The notes below the pieces were generated by a model. That model saw nothing but the letters and a program-made list of their open reading frames with translations. It searched no databases and was not told the origin of the DNA. From positions 39,866,001-39,930,000 of the forward strand of contig OZ024754.1 in NCBI GenBank assembly GCA_964016885.1: a DNA stretch of 64,000 bases. Reading direction: 5' to 3'. Source of the stretch: Eledone cirrhosa. Taxonomy: Eukaryota. Of the stretch, positions 1 to 12,525 are shown one piece after another; the stretch's first letter is position 1; each line of letters begins with the position of its first letter. Both the position numbers and the translations under genes were made by a program.

Positions 1-236
1 AATAATTTTAGCACAAGGCCAGCAATTTGAAGGGAATGGGGAACATCGCTTAAATCGACATCAGTGCATTACTGGTACTTAATTTTATCAACCTTGTAAG
101 GATGAAAGGATGAAAGGCAAAGCTGACCTCGGTGGGATTTGAACTTAAAATGTAGAAAGTCATAACTAAATATCACAAAGTATTTTGTATGACGCTCTAC
201 CGATGCTGCCAATCCACTGCTCAAAAAAACTAAGTG

Positions 237-606
237 GAGTGTGGGAGTGTTTGTAAAGGTTAAAAGGAGCACCCTAGTGCTGGGGCCATAATAAATATAC
301 TTGGTAGAGTGTGGGAGTGTTTGTAAAGGTTAGAAGGAGCACCCTAGTGCTGGGGCCATAATAAATATACTTGGTAGAGTGTGGGAGTGTTTGTAAAGGT
401 TAGAAGGAGCACCCTAGTGCTGGGGCCATAATAAATATACTTGGTAGAGTGTGGGAGTGTTTGTAAAGGTTAGAAGGAGCACCCTAGTGCTGGGGCCATA
501 ATAAATATACTTGGTAGAGTGTGGGAGTGTTTGTAAAGGTTAGAAGGAGCACCCTAGTGCTTGGGCCATGATAAATATACTTGGTAGAGTGTGGGAGTGT
601 TTGTAA
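237..606. repeat. 70-bp tandem repeat, ~5.3 copies
   Basis: Unit gagtgtgggagtgtttgtaaaggttagaaggagcaccctagtgctggggccataataaatatacttggta, starting at 237, 307, 377, 447, 517 and 587. Confidence 0.97.
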
Positions 607-693
607 ATTCAGTACTGAAGCAGGGTTACTGACCTCCCATAGAAGTAGATGTAGTTTTGGGTGGGTTTGAATTAAAAGGGTTACTAAGATTAC

Positions 694-904
694 CTGTCAT
701 ATGCTATGCGAGCCAAAAGTGGCACCAACCAGTTCCGATTACATTCACAATGAGCATCTAAAAATACTATGACATCTCCAGTGGCATATTTTGACCCAAG
801 TGTCCTTGTACGGATCAAACCTTCTCTCTGTTTGTTACGAAACAGTTTCACTTTGTCTTTAAAATTATTTTTGATATAATTTTCAAGATATGTTTTTAAG
901 TTTT
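694..904 (-). CDS. GALNT7: GALNT7-like coding exon containing the DXH metal-binding motif
   Basis: tttcag|AA AAC...GAC AG|gtaatc, 211 bp, phase 1 to 2. Encodes [71 protein letters not shown]. The gene continues beyond position 1. Confidence 0.97.
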
Positions 905-1343
905 CTGAAATAAAATAAATTTGAAAATCAGAAATTTTGCCTGAAATTGAAACCAAATAGTTAAACCCTTTCATGACTGCATTTCTAATGAAATACACTC
1001 TATTTTAACCATTTAACATTTCTCTATATATACTATTGTATTTTTGTGGTAAAGGCTTTATCTTACATAATTATCTCACAAAATATTGAATCTATGAGAT
1101 TTTGAAGTTATTTATTTTGAGAACAATAACTTAATGTCAGTATGAGCAGCTAGTTACAGCTGGTTTAAACAGAAAGAGGTGAGAGAATTCTGACCGGATA
1201 TGACCAGTTTAAATGCTAAAGGGTTAATTAATTGATGAAGAATTTTGAGGGGGTGACTTAAATTATTAATTATTTCATTAGTAAGATAGTAACTTAATGT
1301 AAGGTTCTTACATCAAATTATGTTGAAAGATTTTAATTTAAAT

Positions 1344-3026
1344 AGGGTGGTTTTATCTCATAGAACTAGAGCTGGTTTTGGCCAGATTGGTAACTAAAGG
1401 GTTACAAGGGGTGGTTTTTATCTCATAGAACTAGAGCTGGTTTTAGCCAGATTGGTAACTAAAGGGTTACAAGGGGTGGTTTTTATCTCATAGAACTAGA
1501 GCTGGTTTTAGTCAGATTGGTAACTAAAGGGTTAAAAGGGGTGGTTTTTATCTCATAGAACTAGAGCTGGTTTTAGTCAGATTGGTAACTAAAGGGTTAC
1601 AAGGGGTGGTTTTTATCTCATAGAACTAGAGCTGGTTTTAGCCAGATTGGTAACTAAAGGGTTACAAGGGGTGGTTTTTATCTCATAGAACTAGAGCTGG
1701 TTTTAGCCAGATTGGTAACTAAAGGGTTACAAGGGGTGGTTTTTATCTCATAGAACTAGAGCTGGTTTTAGCCAGATTGGTAACTAAAGGGTTACAAGGG
1801 GTGGTTTTTATCTCATAGAACTAGAGCTGGTTTTAGCCAGATTGGTAACTAAAGGGTTACAAGGGGTGGTTTTTATCTCATAGAACTAGAGCTGGTTTTA
1901 GCCAGATTGGTAACTAAAGGGTTACAAGGGGTGGTTTTTATCTCATAGAACTAGAGCTGGTTTTAGTCAGATTGGTAACTAAAGGGTTACAAGGGGTGGT
2001 TTTTATCTCATAGAACTAGAGCTGGTTTTAGCCAGATTGGTAACTAAAGGGTTACAAGGGGTGGTTTTTATCTCATAGAACTAGAGCTGGTTTTAGCCAG
2101 ATTGGTAACTAAAGGGTTACAAGGGGTGGTTTTTATCTCATAGAACTAGAGCTGGTTTTAGTCAGATTGGTAACTAAAGGGTTACAAGGGGTGGTTTTTA
2201 TCTCATAGAACTAGAGCTGGTTTTAGCCAGATTGGTAACTAAAGGGTTACAAGGGGTGGTTTTTATCTCATAGAACTAGAGCTGGTTTTAGCCAGATTGG
2301 TAACTAAAGGGTTACAAGGGGTGGTTTTTATCTCATAGAACTAGAGCTGGTTTTAGTCAGATTGGTAACTAAAGGGTTACAAGGGGTGGTTTTTATCTCA
2401 TAGAACTAGAGCTGGTTTTAGCCAGATTGGTAACTAAAGGGTTACAAGGGGTGGTTTTTATCTCATAGAACTAGAGCTGGTTTTAGCCAGATTGGTAACT
2501 AAAGGGTTACAAGGGGTGGTTTTTATCTCATAGAACTAGAGCTGGTTTTAGCCAGATTGGTAACTAAAGGGTTACAAGGGGTGGTTTTTATCTCATAGAA
2601 CTAGAGCTGGTTTTAGTCAGATTGGTAACTAAAGGGTTACAAGGGGTGGTTTTTATCTCATAGAACTAGAGCTGGTTTTAGTCAGATTGGTAACTAAAGG
2701 GTTACAAGGGGTGGTTTTTATCTCATAGAACTAGAGCTGGTTTTAGCCAGATTGGTAACTAAAGGGTTACAAGGGGTGGTTTTTATCTCATAGAACTAGA
2801 GCTGGTTTTAGCCAGATTGGTAACTAAAGGGTTACAAGGGGTGGTTTTTATCTCATAGAACTAGAGCTGGTTTTAGTCAGATTGGTAACTAAAGGGTTAA
2901 AAGGGGTGGTTTTATCTCATAGAACTAGAGCTGGTTTTAGCCAGATTAGTAACTAAAGGGTTAAAAGGGGTGGTTTTATTTCATAGACAGAGCTGGTTTT
3001 GGCCAGATTGGTAGCTAAAGGGTTAA
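1344..3026. repeat. 65-bp tandem satellite, ~26 copies, in a GALNT7 intron
   Basis: tagaactaga recurs at 1361, 1426, 1491, 1556, 1621 and onward. Units are nearly identical (gcc/gtc variant). Confidence 0.98.
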
Positions 3027-3068
3027 TATATTTATAAAAACAAAATCTGTTGATGCATAAAAACTGAC

Positions 3069-3241
3069 CTTTGGTACTTTTATCATCAATCATGATGACC
3101 TCTTTGAGTAAGGCTGGTGGTGACATGTTAATGACACTGTGGACTGTCCTTGTTAATGTAGAGAAACCTTCATTATGAAACACTATAATAACACTGGTTG
3201 AGGGCAGTTGAGATTCAGGAGGATAATGCCAGAACTTGCAT
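3069..3241 (-). CDS. GALNT7: GALNT7-like coding exon (start of GT-A catalytic domain)
   Basis: ttacag|A TGC...AAA G|gtcagt, 173 bp. Encodes [57 protein letters not shown]. 'ECK+WHY' and 'SV+IVFHNEG+STL.RTVHSV' are typical of GALNT7. Confidence 0.97.
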
Positions 3242-3448
3242 CTGTAATATAATACTGGTTTCTTTACAATAAATATGTGGTGTATTGTTAGGGGTGAAAT
3301 GAGTGTTTGTGTGAGACAGAGTGAGGGGGTATATTGGTGTGTGAGGTGGGTGGGTGGAATAGTGTGTGAGAGGGAGGAGGAGGAGGAGGCAGCAAGGAGG
3401 AGGGGAGGAGGAGGAGGACCAAATGGAGTATACAATAAGATTACTTAC

Positions 3449-3587
3449 TCATCCATTCTAGTATCTGGTATTTTCCTATCCATTGCAATCTTCTCACTTA
3501 CAACCATGTTATAGCCATAATTCTTAACGGAACGAGCTGCCAAGTTTCTTTCTTCCATCTTTGTGAACACAGGTTTACCATCTTCCC
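3449..3587 (-). CDS. GALNT7: GALNT7-like coding exon
   Basis: ttaacag|GG...GAT GA|gtaagt, 139 bp, phase 1 to 2. Encodes GEDGKPVFTKMEERNLAARSVKNYGYNMVVSEKIAMDRKIPDTRMDE, the GALNT 'GE.GKP...+N...S+.I.+DR.+PD.R..EC' motif. Confidence 0.95.
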
Positions 3588-4198
3588 CTGTTAACAATAA
3601 AGACAACCAATGAAGCTTCTATGATATATTTAGTATAAGAACAAATTTTTAACTGTTTCATTTCCTGTATGGTCCCTTAACTCCTGATAGAGTGGTAGGG
3701 ATGCCATATTGATAGACGATGTTTCTAGAGCATTTTAAGCCTGGTAGAGTCCATCCTTCTCCTGGTCTGAATAAAGTAGATTTCTTCCAGAGAAGGATAG
3801 ACAGAGTGAGAGAAAGGAAATGAGAAAGAGATATTGAAGAAGAATCAACTCCAGTACTAAACTGATGTATTTTTTTATCAACTTTGTATGGATGAAAAGC
3901 AAAATTGACCTCAGCAGGATTTGAACTCAGAGAGTAGCGAGTTGAAGCGAATGCTCCAAAGTATTCTATCTGATATTCTAATGACTGACAATTTGACACC
4001 CTATCACTCCTTCATTTACTCTATTACTAATATGAAACCACATGAAACCACATTAATGAGACATTCTTGAAAAGTACAAAACAACACTATGACAGCATCA
4101 CATTAACTCTTCACATCCTGTACCACATGAAACCACATTAACGAGACATTCTTGAAAAGCACAAAATGACAGCAACACATTGACAAATCATCTCTTAC

Positions 4199-4370
4199 CA
4201 GGTCTATCAAGTGTTGGTGTAGGGGCAGGTTCATAGTTACCCAAAACCCCTTTCTTCAACACACTCAACATTCTAGGCTTAATTAAAGTCTTCTGAGTTG
4301 TCTTCTTTTCAGAGAATTTCTTAAGAGACATTCCATCCAGACCATCCACTGGTGGATTGACCATTTGAAA
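4199..4370 (-). CDS. GALNT7: GALNT7-like coding exon (stem region)
   Basis: ttttacag|TTT...CCT G|gtaaga, 172 bp. Encodes FQMVNPPVDGLDG...SVLKKGVLGNYEPAPTPTLDRPG. The 'VL.+G+LGN+EP' motif is characteristic of GALNT7/pgant7. Not in the ORF track. Confidence 0.9.
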
Positions 4371-5112
4371 CTGTAAAATATAAACAAGGGTATAAAATGA
4401 AAAGAGTCATGGAACACCAGCCATCTTTTAAAACAGGAAAAACATATAAAATGACAGTAGAATCATCATCATTTTCATCATTTCATTTTACGTCCGCTTT
4501 TTCCCTGCTTGCACATACATACATAAAAATATGTAAAACATTCCAAAAATTTTGCATCTAATAACTCCATATACACATGTACAGATGCAAAGCATATACA
4601 CATGCACACATACAACTCAAAACATACACATCCACACATACAATAACATCCATATCTACACATGCATGCATACATACATATCTACCTAGTTGATGTTGTG
4701 TAAATTCCAATGAGAGAGTCTTGTGTCTATGTTAGAAACCAACTCTCTCTCTATTGGTAAAACTTTGTGAAATTATAAAACCAGAAGAACATACATACAT
4801 ACATACATACATACATACATACATACACACATACATACATACATACATACATACACACATACATATATACATACATACATACACACATACATACATATAT
4901 ACATACATACATACATACATACATACATACACACACACATATATACATACATACATACACACATACATACATATATACATACATATATACATATATACAT
5001 ACATACATACGCACATACATATATACATACATACATACATATATATACATACATATATACATACATACATACATACATACACACACATACATACATACAT
5101 ACATATATACAT

Positions 5113-6207
5113 ACATCAAGCTGTACCTTGAAATCAAAAGGACTGATCCTGAAATTTACAACTCTTTCCTACAATCAGACCTGGACACAATGCAGCAATG
5201 GATCACAGACTGGCAACTGAAGCTGGCTGTGGACAAGTGTACCACCATGCATTTTGGAAGGAAAAATCCAGCGTCCACATACTCCCTCCACAACACTGAT
5301 ATCAAAAAGTCCTCTTGTGAACGTGACCTGGGCATTACTGTCAGCAACGATTTGCGTTGGACAAAGCATGTCTCTAAGATTGTCAAGAAGGCCGAGGGTA
5401 TCTTGGCATCACTCAGCAAGACCTTTGTTAGCCGCTCTCCAGCCATCTATTTAAAACTGTATACAGCTATGGTACGACCACACTTGGAATTCGCATCATC
5501 AGTCTGGAACCCCTATCTTGCTCAGAACATTGACCTCCTGGAAACTGTTCAGAGACGTGCAACCAAGTGCATACCCTCCATCAGACACCTACCATACTCT
5601 GAACGCCTTGCTTCCCTGGGCATGGATTCATTGAAGCTCCGACGTCTGGCAATGGACTTGGTGAATACCCACAAAGTTTTTAACCATCTCGCCAATTGCA
5701 ACCCTGAGCGCCTCTTTGATCTCCATGTGTCTAACACACGTGGACATGCCTACAAGATCAGAAAACAGCACAGCTCCCATGACTTTCGTAGACAATTTTT
5801 CACGCTCAGAGTTGCTGAAGCATGGAACAAACTGCCTGCGTCAGTTGTTAGCTGCCGAGACACTGCATCCTTTAAGACACTCATGCTTTCCGAAATACGC
5901 CAAAACTACACCTGATGTACCCCTTCCATACACATGCACACATGTGTGTATCATGACTCGTGCACTGTTCATTTTACTGATGTTTGTGCATTGCCCTATG
6001 TACTGTACATGCACTTTTTTGATGAATTGTGGTGCACCTGGGCACTGTACACAATATTTCATTATTGTTATTATTATTATATCATGACTCATACACTGTT
6101 CATTTTCCTGACATTTGTACATTATTCTATGTACTATACATGCACCTTTGATGAGTTGTAGTGCACCTGAGCACTGTACACAATAATTTCATTATTATTA
6201 TTATTAT
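5113..6207 (+). mobile_element. 5'-truncated CR1-clade LINE (RT C-terminus plus 3'UTR)
   Basis: IKLY...LQSDLD..QQW...KC..MHFG...ERDLG...LYTAMVRPHLEFASSVWNP...VQRRATK...TRGH.YK...FF..RV...WNKLP, stop at 5915. The 3'UTR has a ~120-bp duplication and an (ATT)n tail. Inserted in an (ATAC)n tract. Confidence 0.93.
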
Positions 6208-6219
6208 AAATATATACAT

Positions 6220-6261
<42 letters not shown>

Positions 6262-8396
6262 CATGCATCCATACATAACATACGTATATATATACATACA
6301 TACACACATATATATATATTCATTCATACATACATAACATACATATATACATACATACACATACATATATATGCATCCATACACACATTATTTACACAAG
6401 TAAAAAGGAAAATTTATATAGTTTCAAAGGTAAATAATATTTAACTGTTAAACTGAAGTTAAAGCTTAACTAAACAAAACAAAAATCCCCAATAATCCTT
6501 TATAATCTTACTCCACCCAAAACATCTGTGGCTTTAGAGTACAGTACCTACACCATCCCATACTTCACTAACACAGCTGTTGTCACATCTTCAAATTAGT
6601 TGCGATTTTTATTCTATATAACACTTTACTCCCTGCAATAATTTAGCAAAAATATCTGAAAACAAGTTTGTTAATTCAAATGTTTATTTTAACTTTAAGG
6701 GTTCTTTATATATATCTCAGTAATATTTGATTTCTATTGTGAAATATTAACTTTAAGGTTTTTTTATAATTTTATCAGTAATATTAAGGGTTTGTATAAT
6801 TAAATATTAACTTTAAGGGTTCTTTTTATGTCTTTCATTAATATTTAAAAATGATTTCTAGTATCGGCACAAGGTCAGTAATTTGGGGGAGGGGAAAGTA
6901 AATTAAATCAACCTCAGTATGTTACTGGTACTTTATTTTATCTGCCTCGTAAGGATGAAAGGCAAAGCTAACCTCGGTGGAATTTGAACTCAGAATGCAA
7001 AGGGCCGACGCTCTACCGATATTGCCAGTCCAATTTAATAATGAAAAGGTTGTAAAGCAATGTTCTAAGGAACAATTGAACTGCAGCTGTTAGGTTGTGT
7101 TATACAGTGTAGTGTTATGTAATTCTCTAGGTTACACACACTCAACAATAAGAATCAATGTCACAGCTTGAAACTTAAATTGATTCCTAGTAAATAAATA
7201 CAACATTACATTGTATTGATTGAGATGAAAATACATGTGGGGTTAAATAAAGAACACCTCGAGTAATGTAATATTTCATATACTAAAGACTAGCTGTCCA
7301 ATGTTGGAATAATTTGGTCCAATTATTTTAATCCTTTAGCATTTAAACAGGCCATATCCGTCCAGAATTCTCTCACCTGTTTCTGTTCAAACTGGCTGTA
7401 ACTGGCCGCTCATACTGGTGTTAAGGTATTGTTCTCAAAAAAGATAACACAAAAATCATATAGATTTGATATTATGTGAGATATTATGTGAGATAATTAT
7501 GTTTACCACAAAAATACAATAGTATGTAAATAGTAATGTAAATGATAAAGGGTTAACTCATAGCATTCTGTAAAGATTTAGCAGAAAATATCCCAAAATA
7601 GGTTTGTTAATTCAAATGTTTATCGTATCGTTACTAATGGACAGATAATTGTGAAGATTTGCAGTATAAACTCTTAACATCCAGTAAAACTTTCATAGAA
7701 AATTTCTAAAAACAAGTTTGTTAATTCAAAAGTTTATAGTATCTTTACTAGTGGACAGATCATTGTAAATCTTTGCTTTATTTAACTTTTAACATGTAAT
7801 GATTTAGCAGAAAATATCTAAAAATACGTTTGTCAATACAAATGTTTATGATGCCTGGGGACAAATCATTGTGAAAATTTGCAATATTAACTGCAAATAA
7901 TTTAGCAGAAAATATCTGAAAATCGATTTGTTAATTCAAATGTTTTACAATATATTTATTAACTAACAGATCATTGAGAAGATTTGCAGTATCCGGCCAG
8001 AATTCTCTCACCTCTTTCTGTTCAAACTGGCCATAACAAGCCACTCATACTGACGTTAAGGTATTGTTCTCAAAATAAATAATATCAGAATCTCATAGAT
8101 TCGATATTATGTGAGATAATTATATGAGATAAAGTTTTTATTGTGAAAATATAATAATATATATAGAGTAATATAAATGCTTAAGTGTTTTATAGATTTT
8201 AGGATTATCTTGTTAATGTGGTTTAATGCAGTACAGGACATTAAGAGTTAGACATTATATGACTAGAAATGGCAAATACAATGGTGGTGAGAATAATTAC
8301 TAAGGAATGATGGTGAAAGGGGATGGGCTGTCACTAATCCTTTATCATCTGTCATGAGATTCAGCTTCCTAAGATCAGTTTTCACTACGTTATCCT

Positions 8397-8745
8397 ATGT
8401 TTTCTGGTGTCCTTGGCCCCAGGGCTACCTCCCTACTCACCACCATAGGTTCTGAGCTGGCCAGCTGTAGGTGTGAGCCTCGCGAGATGGAATGGCTCTT
8501 CCAGCGCATCTCCCTTACCATCCTCCGGGGAAAAGCCTTCTCCATCCTATCCGCCAGGGCTGTGGAGATGCCAGCACGTGGGACCCCATTTGCTCATCTT
8601 ACAGAGAGATGGGGACGGCAAGAGAGATGGAGGAGATGACAGTGGGAGTTCAGCTCTTCCATGTTCGGACACATTGCACCTGTCAAGAGTGTATATTGAT
8701 GTACAATTCTGGGTTTACAACAACATATTGTATCAGAATGTGAAT
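8397..8745 (+). mobile_element. CRE-clade non-LTR retrotransposon 3' fragment (restriction-like endonuclease C-terminus)
   Basis: GVLGPRATSLLTTIG...EPREMEWLFQRISLTILRGKAFSIL matches the 'G.+GP.A...L...G......RE...LFQR+S+.+.RGNA..+L' motif of CRE elements. Confidence 0.75.
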
Positions 8746-9182
8746 TAGAGTAAGCCAAACCATTTCATTTCATTCTTCCTAAGTTTATCTCTTCTACAGG
8801 TCTCATCGACTGAGATTTCTCTACACTTCTTTATACAGCTGTCACCTTCCATACACATCACATGTCCATACCACTGCAATATTTTCGCTTGCACACTACA
8901 TCCAATTTCTTTTATATAGAGTTTTCTTTCTCCTTATTTATGTTATATTGTTTATGCACACTAACATTACACATCCACTGAAGCATACTTGCTTTATTTC
9001 CTTCTAGCTTTTGCAGTCAAGGTCCAAAAAGGGTCGAGAGGACTCATCCATTATATCAAATGCAGAACAACCTCCTCAGTGCTAGTGCCACAATAAAATT
9101 CGCCCAGTACACTCTGTGAAGTGTTGGAAAGTATGTAAGAAAGCTGCTGTCCCCAGCACATTTTTTAGGAGAGTATCTTCGA

Positions 9183-9411
9183 TTAACCCTTTTGCATTTA
9201 AACCAGCCATTTCCGGCTAGAATTCTCTCACTTCTTTCTGTTCAAGCCAGCCATAACAGGCCCCTCATACGGACTTTAAGGTATTGTTCTCTAAATAAAT
9301 AATATCAAAATGTCATAGGTTCGATATTATGTGAGATAATTACGTGAGGTAAAGCCTTTACTGTGAAAATACAATAGAAAATATAAAGTAATGTAAATTC
9401 TAAAGGGTTAA
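9183..9411 (+). mobile_element. piggyBac-type MITE (~225 bp, TTAA TSD), representative copy
   Basis: Family consensus TTAA-CCCTTTAGCATTTA...TAAATGCTAAAGGG-TTAA. Other copies: 1005-1227, 7328-7556, 7990-8185, 21526-21725, 22059-22253, 53855-54150, 55107-55334, 60800-61009 and 61532-61746. Confidence 0.88.
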
Positions 9412-9734
9412 AGTGCTAACTTGGTCTGTGATGACCCATGCAATCTATACCAAGATGAAAAAAAATGTTAAAAGATGATGATGATGAGAGTCTGCGTATA
9501 CAGGCTGTTGTTCATGCAGGGTGTCAAATGCATGTCAGGGAAAATGTTAGTCTGGTGTAGACAACATTTCCCAATGAACAAATAAGATTTTGACCACATG
9601 TAGTCATCTGTTAAAGATGACTGTTTTAGCATAAGCATATATAATTAAGTTTGTGTTTGTCTGCTCATACATCTGTATGTATGGGCATGCATACATAGAT
9701 ATATGTACATGTGTGTATGTATGTGTATATATAC

Positions 9735-9770
<36 letters not shown>

Positions 9771-9914
9771 ACGTGTGTGTGTGTGAGAGAGAGAGAGTGT
9801 ATGTGTGTGTGTAAATGAGAGCGAGAGATACTGATTCATTACTGAGAGATACCGATATATATATATATATATATATACACAAACGATACCTGTATATCTA
9901 TATATATATATATA

Positions 9915-10405
9915 CTAGCCGAATTACCCGCACCTTGCTTCGTTACACACATTTTTTTTTGTAAGAAAATGATAGTGATATAATTTATGGAGAAAAACTC
10001 TGCATTTCAATATTACTCAATGTAAAATGTAATGCATGAAAAATTGGAAAACCTTATTTTTTGTAATATATCAGATCAAAATTACATTATTAAATCTTAT
10101 CCTTATTTTGTTTCTTGTAAATAATTTTTTCAAAATATCAATTTAAAACTTTTGTGAATAGGCATCATATCTTGTCATTTACCTATGGTTTAAATTTCAT
10201 ATAAATCGAAGGGAAAAACTTTTCAGCAGAGGTTTGTGACCCCGGGGAACCCTTTGATTAAAATGAAGTATACTTATGAAAGTACCCTGGGCAATGTAGT
10301 TTCAGAATATATATGGTTATAGGGCTTCTACCTCCAAAAGAATAGGAGGAGTTCGTTAACAAACAAACAAACAAACAGACAGGAATACAACTTTATATAT
10401 ATAGA
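9915..10405 (-). mobile_element. Non-autonomous Helitron, second copy
   Basis: Reverse complement of the 20165 family, with the same TC...CTAG termini. Confidence 0.8.
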
Positions 10406-10835
10406 TATATATATGTGTGTGTGTGTACACAAATTATAATTATTAGCAGTTCACAAATGATGTGTCATTGTTACCTACTCAATATTGCAAGAGGGGGGCG
10501 GCGGGTATGTTTAAGTAACAATTAATCAACCGGATAAGGTCTAAATGTTGGATATGGTGAAATGGAGTTGAAGGGTTAATACACAGCTAGCCATTGTTTG
10601 GATGTTTTTACACAGCTAGCCATTGTAATTTCACATTAATCCAATTGCTTTAATGTCAGGTTTCTGGAAAAGTTAGACAAATGTAAAGAAACATTATGTT
10701 ATATCATCATCATCACCGTTTTACGCCCGTTCTTCCACGCTAGCATGGATTAGATGGGTTGTCCTGTTGTGGGCAGTGTCCGGTCGGCTCACCTTGTCTT
10801 GCTCATACAGGAACTGATATATATATATATATATA

Positions 10836-11085
10836 GTTATGTAATAAACAACATAAGATAATTATTTCATTTACCAATGGTGTCTTCATTCATCAGAAAA
10901 AATTTTAATTTTTGTAATAAAAATTTTCTCTGATGAATGAAGACAGACATAAGTATCTGTCTTCAAGAAACCATTGGTAAATGAAATAATTATCTTATGT
11001 TGTTTATTACATAACTAAAAAGCTCTGTAGCTTACATAGAGTCACTCTCTTTTCGTTTACCTTTCCTACGGAAATACTTCATTTA
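10836..11085 (+). mobile_element. Fold-back hammerhead-bearing element in (TA)n, same family as 62465
   Basis: Inverted arm 10834-10905, spacer, forward arm with hammerhead, then the tail aagctctgtagcttacatagag...tacttcatt shared with 62735-62797. Flanked by (TA)n. Confidence 0.8.
10922..10987 (+). ncRNA. Hammerhead ribozyme, same family as 62635, with degenerate stem I
   Basis: CUGAUGA(10930-36)-A-UGAAGACAGA(cauaagua)UCUGUCUUCA-A-GAAACC-auu-GGUA-AAUGAAA. Stem II is a perfect 10 bp; stem I is mostly unpaired. Confidence 0.65.
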
Positions 11086-12384
11086 TATATATATACATAC
11101 ATATGTACATATATATATATATATATATCATCATCATCATTGATTGATGTCTATCTTCCATGCTAGCGTGGGTTAGATGGGTCCCATTTAGAGGCAAGTT
11201 CGGTCGGGTGACCGTGTCTCGCTCATATAGAGGTGTTTCTGGCTAGTTTTCTACAGCTGGATGCCCTTCCTAATGCCAACCAAAGTATATTTAGTCAAGA
11301 CCAGATTTGTCAATGTTGTGGGTTCAATTCCTGGACTGGGTTGTGTGTTGTGTTCTTGAGCAAAACACTTCATTTCACAATACTCCAGTACACTCAACTG
11401 AAAATGAGTACCAGCAATAGCTGGGAGTTCAACCCTGTGATGGACTAGTGTCCTGTCCAGGGGGCGGGTATTGTACTCTCAGTTGTTTAACACCATGGAA
11501 ACTGGGATAAGCAGTGGCTTGATGAGCCTCTGAGCTAGAGACAGACTTTAGACTTGACATCTTAACTGACCCATCTACTCCTGGTCTGGCTAACGTATAC
11601 ACACGCACACACATTCAATTACTTACATATACATGCACACCGTACTTTCATACTCAGAGTCTTGCACACACACACACACTCATGAACCATTATGCTCAAT
11701 CACTCTATTCTTTTTTTTCTCCAGATAGTTCGGTTGTTTTAAAAGAAATGGTTGTGGCCATAGCCTTTACCGGCTCTCCAGCTTCCACTTACACACGTAC
11801 ACATGTACACACGTACACATGTACACACGTACACATGTACACACGTACACATGTACACATGTACAGAGACAAATAGAGAATGTTATGACCCAAAAATAAG
11901 GTGGAGGGTTGTCAGAATCATTAGAACATCAGACAAAATGTCGACGACATGTGATATTTGTTTTGGCCCTTCACGCCCTGAGTTCAAATCCCACCGAGGT
12001 CAACTATACTTTGTATTCTTCAGAGTGTTGATAAAATAAAGTACAAGTAAATCAATGTATAAAGTACAATGTAATCAACTTTCCCCTCTCTTTACAAATT
12101 GCTGAGCTTGTGTCTAAAATTGATGTCTAATTTAAGCACAAGGTCAGCAAATTTAGGGGAAGAGGAAAGTCGATTACATTGAACCCCAGTATTTAACTGG
12201 TACTTTATTTTATCAACCCTGGAAGGATGAAAGGCAAAGTTGACCTCAACAGGGTTTGAACCTAAAATGCGTACAAAGTTGTATCTAAATACTGCAAAAC
12301 ATTTTCTCTGCCGCTCTACCGATTCTACCAAAGAATCAATAATGACTGAAAAGAGGAATGTGTATTCCTCCACTGACCACTGAC

Positions 12385-12525
12385 CTGTGCTTTTTCTCGT
12401 TGGAATTTCAACCAAGTAGTTCCAGGATTATCCTCAATACAATACAACAGTAGAATAACACTAAGCAGGAAACTGGCAACTACGGCCGACAGCTTCCAAA
12501 AAGCTGGGTAACGTCGTAACTTCAT
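12385..12525 (-). CDS. GALNT7: GALNT7-like polypeptide N-acetylgalactosaminyltransferase, first coding exon (cytosolic tail, type II signal-anchor, start of stem)
   Basis: ATG at 12525 gives MKLRRYPAFWK-LSAVVASFLLSVILLLYCI-EDNPGTTWLKFQREKAQ: a basic tail plus one TM helix, the Golgi type II topology of GALNTs. It ends CAG|gtcagt at phase 0, matching the phase-0 acceptor at 4370. Extra small stem exons in between cannot be excluded. Confidence 0.8.

Noticed and set aside
1344-3026. CRISPR-like regular array (also 27785-28240, 37990-39826 and 58215-59680)
   Set aside because: Units are head-to-tail with no unique spacers, there are no cas genes, and the context is eukaryotic. These are satellites.
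2953-3435. ORF-track starts and ends for the GALNT ORFs (2953-3435 and 690-998)
   Set aside because: Only the portions between splice sites (3069-3241 and 694-904) match GALNT; the extensions are intron read-through.
4700-4790. Hammerhead-like GAAACCAA...UUGGUA preceded by ccaauga
   Set aside because: The CUGANGA core is mutated and stems I/II are not formable. At best a remnant, so it was not counted.
4732-5137. Long YI/CV/HT-rich ORFs here and at 25586, 29072, 31000-32000, 34800-36430, 44366, 55606, 56812 and 62271
   Set aside because: Translations of (TA)n, (CA)n and (TACA)n microsatellites.
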